NCBI GenBank assembly: GCA_035641315.1
Contig: DASQUK010000048.1
Coordinates: 1,270-65,269 of the forward strand
Direction of reading: 5' to 3'
From: Acidimicrobiales bacterium
Lineage (GTDB): Bacteria > Actinomycetota > Acidimicrobiia > Acidimicrobiales > VFJN01
Length of the DNA: 64,000 nt
Below are positions 60,552 to 64,000 of the stretch, piece after piece. The notes beneath the pieces were generated by a model, which saw only the letters and a program-made list of their open reading frames with translations, made no database searches and was not told where the DNA came from. Numbering within the stretch: position 1 is the first letter of the stretch; the number at the start of each line of letters is the position of its first letter. The position numbers were made by a program, and so were the translations under genes.

Positions 60552-61751
60552 CTACCTTCCGGAAGCGGCCATCTCGACGTTCATCAGCCGGGCGAGGTTG
60601 CCGCCCATGATCTTGCGGACGGCCTCGTCCGCGACCCCGGCGAGCTGCTTCACGTAGGTCGCGGGCTCGGCGAGGCCCTCCGGGTGCGGGTAGTCCGACC
60701 CGAACAGGACGCGGTCCTCACCGATGAGCTCGGCCAACGCCGGCAGGTCCTCTTCCCAGAACGGGCTGATGTGGATCTGGCGCTTGAAGACCTCGATCGG
60801 GTTCTCGAGAAACTCCTGGGGCATCTTCTTGTAGACGTCGGCGAGGTTGTTCATGAGGGGCTCGGTCCAGCTGCTGCCGTTCTCGATGACGGCCACCTTG
60901 AGCTGCGGGAAGCGCGACAGCGCGCCGTGGCAGATGAGGGCGGACACGGCGTCCTCGACCGGCCGCCATGCGTGCAGCATCCGGAACGCCTGGGGCTTGA
61001 ACGGGAGCATCTCGCGGTCGCTGCCCAGCCACTCGTTGGCGTACCGGTCGTAGCCGCTGTCGGAGGAATGCAGGGTGACGAGCATGTCGGCCTCGACCAC
61101 CTTGGCCCAGAACGGGTCGAACTCCGGCAGCCCGAACGAACGGGGCCCGCGGTAACCGGGAACCGGGGCGGGGCGGATGAGCACGACGCGGGCGCCGCGC
61201 TCGACCACCCATTCGAGCTCCTCGATCGCCCGCTCCACGATCGGCAGCGTGATGACGGGGACCGGGAAGATGCGGTCCTGGTAGTTGAACGTCCAGGTCT
61301 CGTGCATCCACTGGTTGAGGGCGTGGATCACCGCGTGCGTGAGCTCCGGGTCGTCCCGCAGCCGCTCCTCGAGGAGGCTGGCGAGCGTGGGGAACATGAG
61401 CGCGCGGTCGAGGCCCTGCTCGTCCATGAGCTCGATGCGCGGGGCGGGCTCCCGGAACGCGGGGATCGACCGCATCGGCTCCCCGAAGATCTCCCGATAG
61501 CTCTTCCCCTCGGGGTTGCCGTGTCGGTAGTAGTCCTCCTGCGCCCCCGGGCGTGCCACGACCTCGAAGGTCGGGTTGGGGATGTACTCGCTGACGCGGC
61601 CCTGCACCATGATCTTCGTGCGGCCCCGCACGTCCACGTAGTCGATGGCCCCCTTGTACCGCTCGGGCAGGAACTTCGTGAACGCGTCCCGCGTCTCGTA
61701 GAGGTGGTTGTCGGCGTCGAACACCGGGATGTCGGGCATCTGTGCGGTCAT
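60552..61751 (-). CDS. amidohydrolase family protein (amidohydrolase_2 superfamily)
   Basis: 399-aa ORF with IPVFDADNHLYE and LFGSDYPHPEG. It lies 4 nt upstream of the P450. Confidence 0.88.
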   Translation of the reverse strand: MTAQMPDIPVFDADNHLYETRDAFTKFLPERYKGAIDYVDVRGRTKIMVQGRVSEYIPNPTFEVVARPGAQEDYYRHGNPEGKSYREIFGEPMRSIPAFREPAPRIELMDEQGLDRALMFPTLASLLEERLRDDPELTHAVIHALNQWMHETWTFNYQDRIFPVPVITLPIVERAIEELEWVVERGARVVLIRPAPVPGYRGPRSFGLPEFDPFWAKVVEADMLVTLHSSDSGYDRYANEWLGSDREMLPFKPQAFRMLHAWRPVEDAVSALICHGALSRFPQLKVAVIENGSSWTEPLMNNLADVYKKMPQEFLENPIEVFKRQIHISPFWEEDLPALAELIGEDRVLFGSDYPHPEGLAEPATYVKQLAGVADEAVRKIMGGNLARLMNVEMAASGR

Positions 61752-61779
61752 CGGTCGTCCTCCTGCAACGGCGGGTGGT

Positions 61780-62736
61780 TCAGATAGGGGTGGCGGCGAG
61801 CGAGGCGAGGAAGTCGCGGGTGCGGCGCAGCGAGGCCAGCAGCTCGTCCCGGTTGTCCCCGATCGGGACGACCCGGGCCGAGACGTCGGTGGCGCCTGCG
61901 TCGCCGAATGCCCGGAGCCGCTTCTCGACGGCGGCCTCGTTGCCCGCGGCGAGGAGGTCGCCGACGTTGCGGGCGTCCCCGTGGTCGAGCAGCCGCTGGT
62001 AGTTCGGCGAGACCTCGGCTTCCGAGAGGATGCGGTTGGTCCGCTCGACGGCCGCGTCCACCTCGTCGTCGCGGCACAGGCACACCGGCACGCCGGCGAC
62101 GATGCGGGGCGCCGGGCGACCGGCCGCCTCGGCGGCGCGCGTGATGTGCGGGACGACGTGCGAGCCGATCGCCCGCTCGTCGGCCATCCAGAGGAGCGTC
62201 CCGTCGGCGCGCTCGCCGGCCAGCCGCAGCATGACCGGACCGAGCGCGGCGAGGAGCACCGGCGTGGGCGTGACGTCCGTGATGTCGAGGGGGTTGTGCA
62301 CCCGGAACAGGTCGTTCTCGACGTCGACGCGGCCGGGACCGGCGAGGGCCTGGTCGAGCACGTCGAGGTAGGAGCGCATGGTCGGCACCGGACGCTCGTA
62401 GGGCAGCCCGAGCATCTCGTCGATGATCCAGTGGTGCGAGACGCCCAGGCCGAGCGAGAGCCGGCCGCCGCAGATCGCCTGTACCGACAGCGCCTGCTGC
62501 GCCAGGGCGATCGGATGCCGGGGTTGGACCGGGACGACCGCCGTGCCGACCTCGATGCGCGTCGTCTCGGACCCGACGACGGCCGCGGCCGTCAGCACGT
62601 CGAACTCGTCGGGGATCTGCGGGACCCAGACGGTCGCGAAGCCGGCCTCGTCGGCCCAGCGCGCGTCCCGGCGCAGCCGGTCGACCTTCGTCGCGTAGCG
62701 GCCACGCTCCGGGCCGACCATCACGCCGATGCGCAT
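61780..62736 (-). CDS. LLM-class F420-dependent oxidoreductase
   Basis: ATG 62736 follows GGAGGAGG within ORF 61780..62814. Motifs MRIGVMVG, GFATVWVPQIPDEFDVLT, and GRLSLGLGVSH. Confidence 0.85.
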   Translation of the reverse strand: MRIGVMVGPERGRYATKVDRLRRDARWADEAGFATVWVPQIPDEFDVLTAAAVVGSETTRIEVGTAVVPVQPRHPIALAQQALSVQAICGGRLSLGLGVSHHWIIDEMLGLPYERPVPTMRSYLDVLDQALAGPGRVDVENDLFRVHNPLDITDVTPTPVLLAALGPVMLRLAGERADGTLLWMADERAIGSHVVPHITRAAEAAGRPAPRIVAGVPVCLCRDDEVDAAVERTNRILSEAEVSPNYQRLLDHGDARNVGDLLAAGNEAAVEKRLRAFGDAGATDVSARVVPIGDNRDELLASLRRTRDFLASLAATPI

Positions 62737-62846
62737 CCCGCGCCCCTCCTCCGTCAGCTCTCGTCGCCGTGCGAGAACATCCTTCTTCCTGAAGTGTAAC
62801 GTTAGTCTCCACAATCGCGAGGACGAAGCCCGGAGGGGAGGCCCCG

Positions 62847-64000
62847 GTGACCGCCATCGAGTCCGACGTCTACTACGACCCCTACGACTTCGAGATCGAC
62901 GCCGACCCGTACCCGGTCTGGAAGCGGCTGCGCGACGAGCGCCCCGTCTACTACAACGACCGCTACGACTTCTACGCGCTGAGCCGGTTCGAGGACGTCG
63001 AGCGGGCGCTGGTCGACTGGCGGACGTACAGCTCGGCCAAGGGGACGGTCCTCGAGCTCATCAAGTCCGGCATGGAGATGCCCGGCTCGATCATCTTCGA
63101 GGACCCGCCCCACCACGATCTCCATCGCGGGCTGCTGTCCCGGGTGTTCACGCCCCGCAAGATGAACGCCATCGAGCCCAAGGTGCGCGAGTTCTGCGCC
63201 CGCTGCCTCGATCCGCTCGTCGGGGCCGGCGGGTTCGACTTCATCCGCGACCTCGGCGCCGAGATGCCGATGCGCACCATCGGCATGCTCCTCGGCATCC
63301 CCGAGCAGGACCAGGAGGCGATCCGGGAGAAGATCGACGACGGGCTGCGCCTCGACGAAGGCACCATGCCCGACCCCGAGACCCACTTCGACCGCGGCCA
63401 GGCCAGCGTCTTCGCGGACTACATCGTCTGGCGGGCGGACCATCCCTCCGACGACCTGATGACCGAGCTGCTGCGGGCGGAGTACGAGGACACCGACGGG
63501 ACCCGGCGCAGGCTCACCCACGAAGAGGTCCTGAACTACGTGAACCTCATCGCCGCAGCCGGCAACGAGACGACGACGCGGCTCATCGGCTGGGCCGGCA
63601 AGGTGCTGGCCGAGCACCCCGACCAGCGCCGGGAGCTGGTCGAGGACCGCAGCCTGGTCACCAACGCCATCGAGGAGCTGTTGCGCTACGAGCCGCCCTC
63701 ACCCGTCCAGGCCCGCTACGTCACCAAGGACGTCGAGCACCACGGGCAGGTCGTGCCCGAGGGCAGCGCGGTGCTGCTGTTGAACGGGTCGGGCAACCGC
63801 GACGAGCGCAAGTTCCCCGATCCCGACCGGTTCGACATCCACCGCACCATCGACCACCACCTTGCCTTCGGCTACGGGATCCACTTCTGCCTCGGCGCCG
63901 CGCTGGCTCGGCTGGAGGGGCGCGTCGCGCTCGACGAGGTCCTGCAGCGGTTCCCGACGTGGGAGGTCGACTGGGACAACGCCGTCCAGGCCCGGACGTC
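62847..64000 (+). CDS. cytochrome P450 (3' end beyond window)
   Basis: GTG 62847 follows SD GGAGGGGAGG. The frame is open to the window end and is absent from the ORF track because no stop is reached. Motifs PPHHDLHRGLLSRVF, AAGNETT, EELLRY, and heme loop FGYGIHFCLGAALAR. Paralogous to 21800..23008. Confidence 0.9.
   Translation, partial: MTAIESDVYYDPYDFEIDADPYPVWKRLRDERPVYYNDRYDFYALSRFEDVERALVDWRTYSSAKGTVLELIKSGMEMPGSIIFEDPPHHDLHRGLLSRVFTPRKMNAIEPKVREFCARCLDPLVGAGGFDFIRDLGAEMPMRTIGMLLGIPEQDQEAIREKIDDGLRLDEGTMPDPETHFDRGQASVFADYIVWRADHPSDDLMTELLRAEYEDTDGTRRRLTHEEVLNYVNLIAAAGNETTTRLIGWAGKVLAEHPDQRRELVEDRSLVTNAIEELLRYEPPSPVQARYVTKDVEHHGQVVPEGSAVLLLNGSGNRDERKFPDPDRFDIHRTIDHHLAFGYGIHFCLGAALARLEGRVALDEVLQRFPTWEVDWDNAVQART

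Overview
Very GC-rich, actinobacterial-type chromosomal segment. Third codon positions are almost all G/C, there are many GTG starts, ATGA/GTGA start-stop overlaps and leaderless-looking promoters. It is densely packed with about 58 protein-coding loci. The content is essentially one large catabolic neighbourhood for lipid, alicyclic or branched acyl-CoA substrates:
- three cytochrome P450s
- a Rieske oxygenase, with an FNR/2Fe-2S reductase encoded elsewhere in the window
- three LLM-type flavin/F420 oxidoreductases and an FMN reductase
- four amidohydrolase-superfamily genes, three of them PF04909-like paralogues
- three adenylating acyl-CoA ligases
- three family III CoA-transferases plus alpha-methylacyl-CoA racemase
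- five acyl-CoA dehydrogenase genes, including two alpha/beta-type pairs and one paired with an APH-fold kinase
- two crotonases, six SDRs, an aldehyde dehydrogenase, a CitE-like lyase and a DUF35-thiolase-like fusion
- a Liv-type ABC importer, several TetR regulators (one a tandem double TetR) and an ECF sigma factor with a fused SnoaL-like domain
- gnd, which sits at the left end

I saw no rRNA, tRNA, CRISPR array, transposase or integrase.

The features that look unusual are:
1. A 94-nt nested-palindrome repeat family with three copies. Two copies bracket a frameshifted DUF559 gene, and a diverged third copy keeps the same geometry.
2. Other long hairpins that exactly fill convergent gene junctions. 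Two of them share a GGAATGGTCG core.
3. A LivH-LivM-LivG triple fusion in one polypeptide.
4. An ACAD + kinase + hydratase + reductase operon resembling a split ACAD10/11 or LvaAC-type 4-hydroxyacyl-CoA pathway.
5. A small, strongly coding 71-aa ORF behind a structured leader.
6. Several frame disruptions and gene remnants filling the non-coding gaps.

All functional calls rest on reading motifs and family resemblance in the supplied translations. No database search was run.
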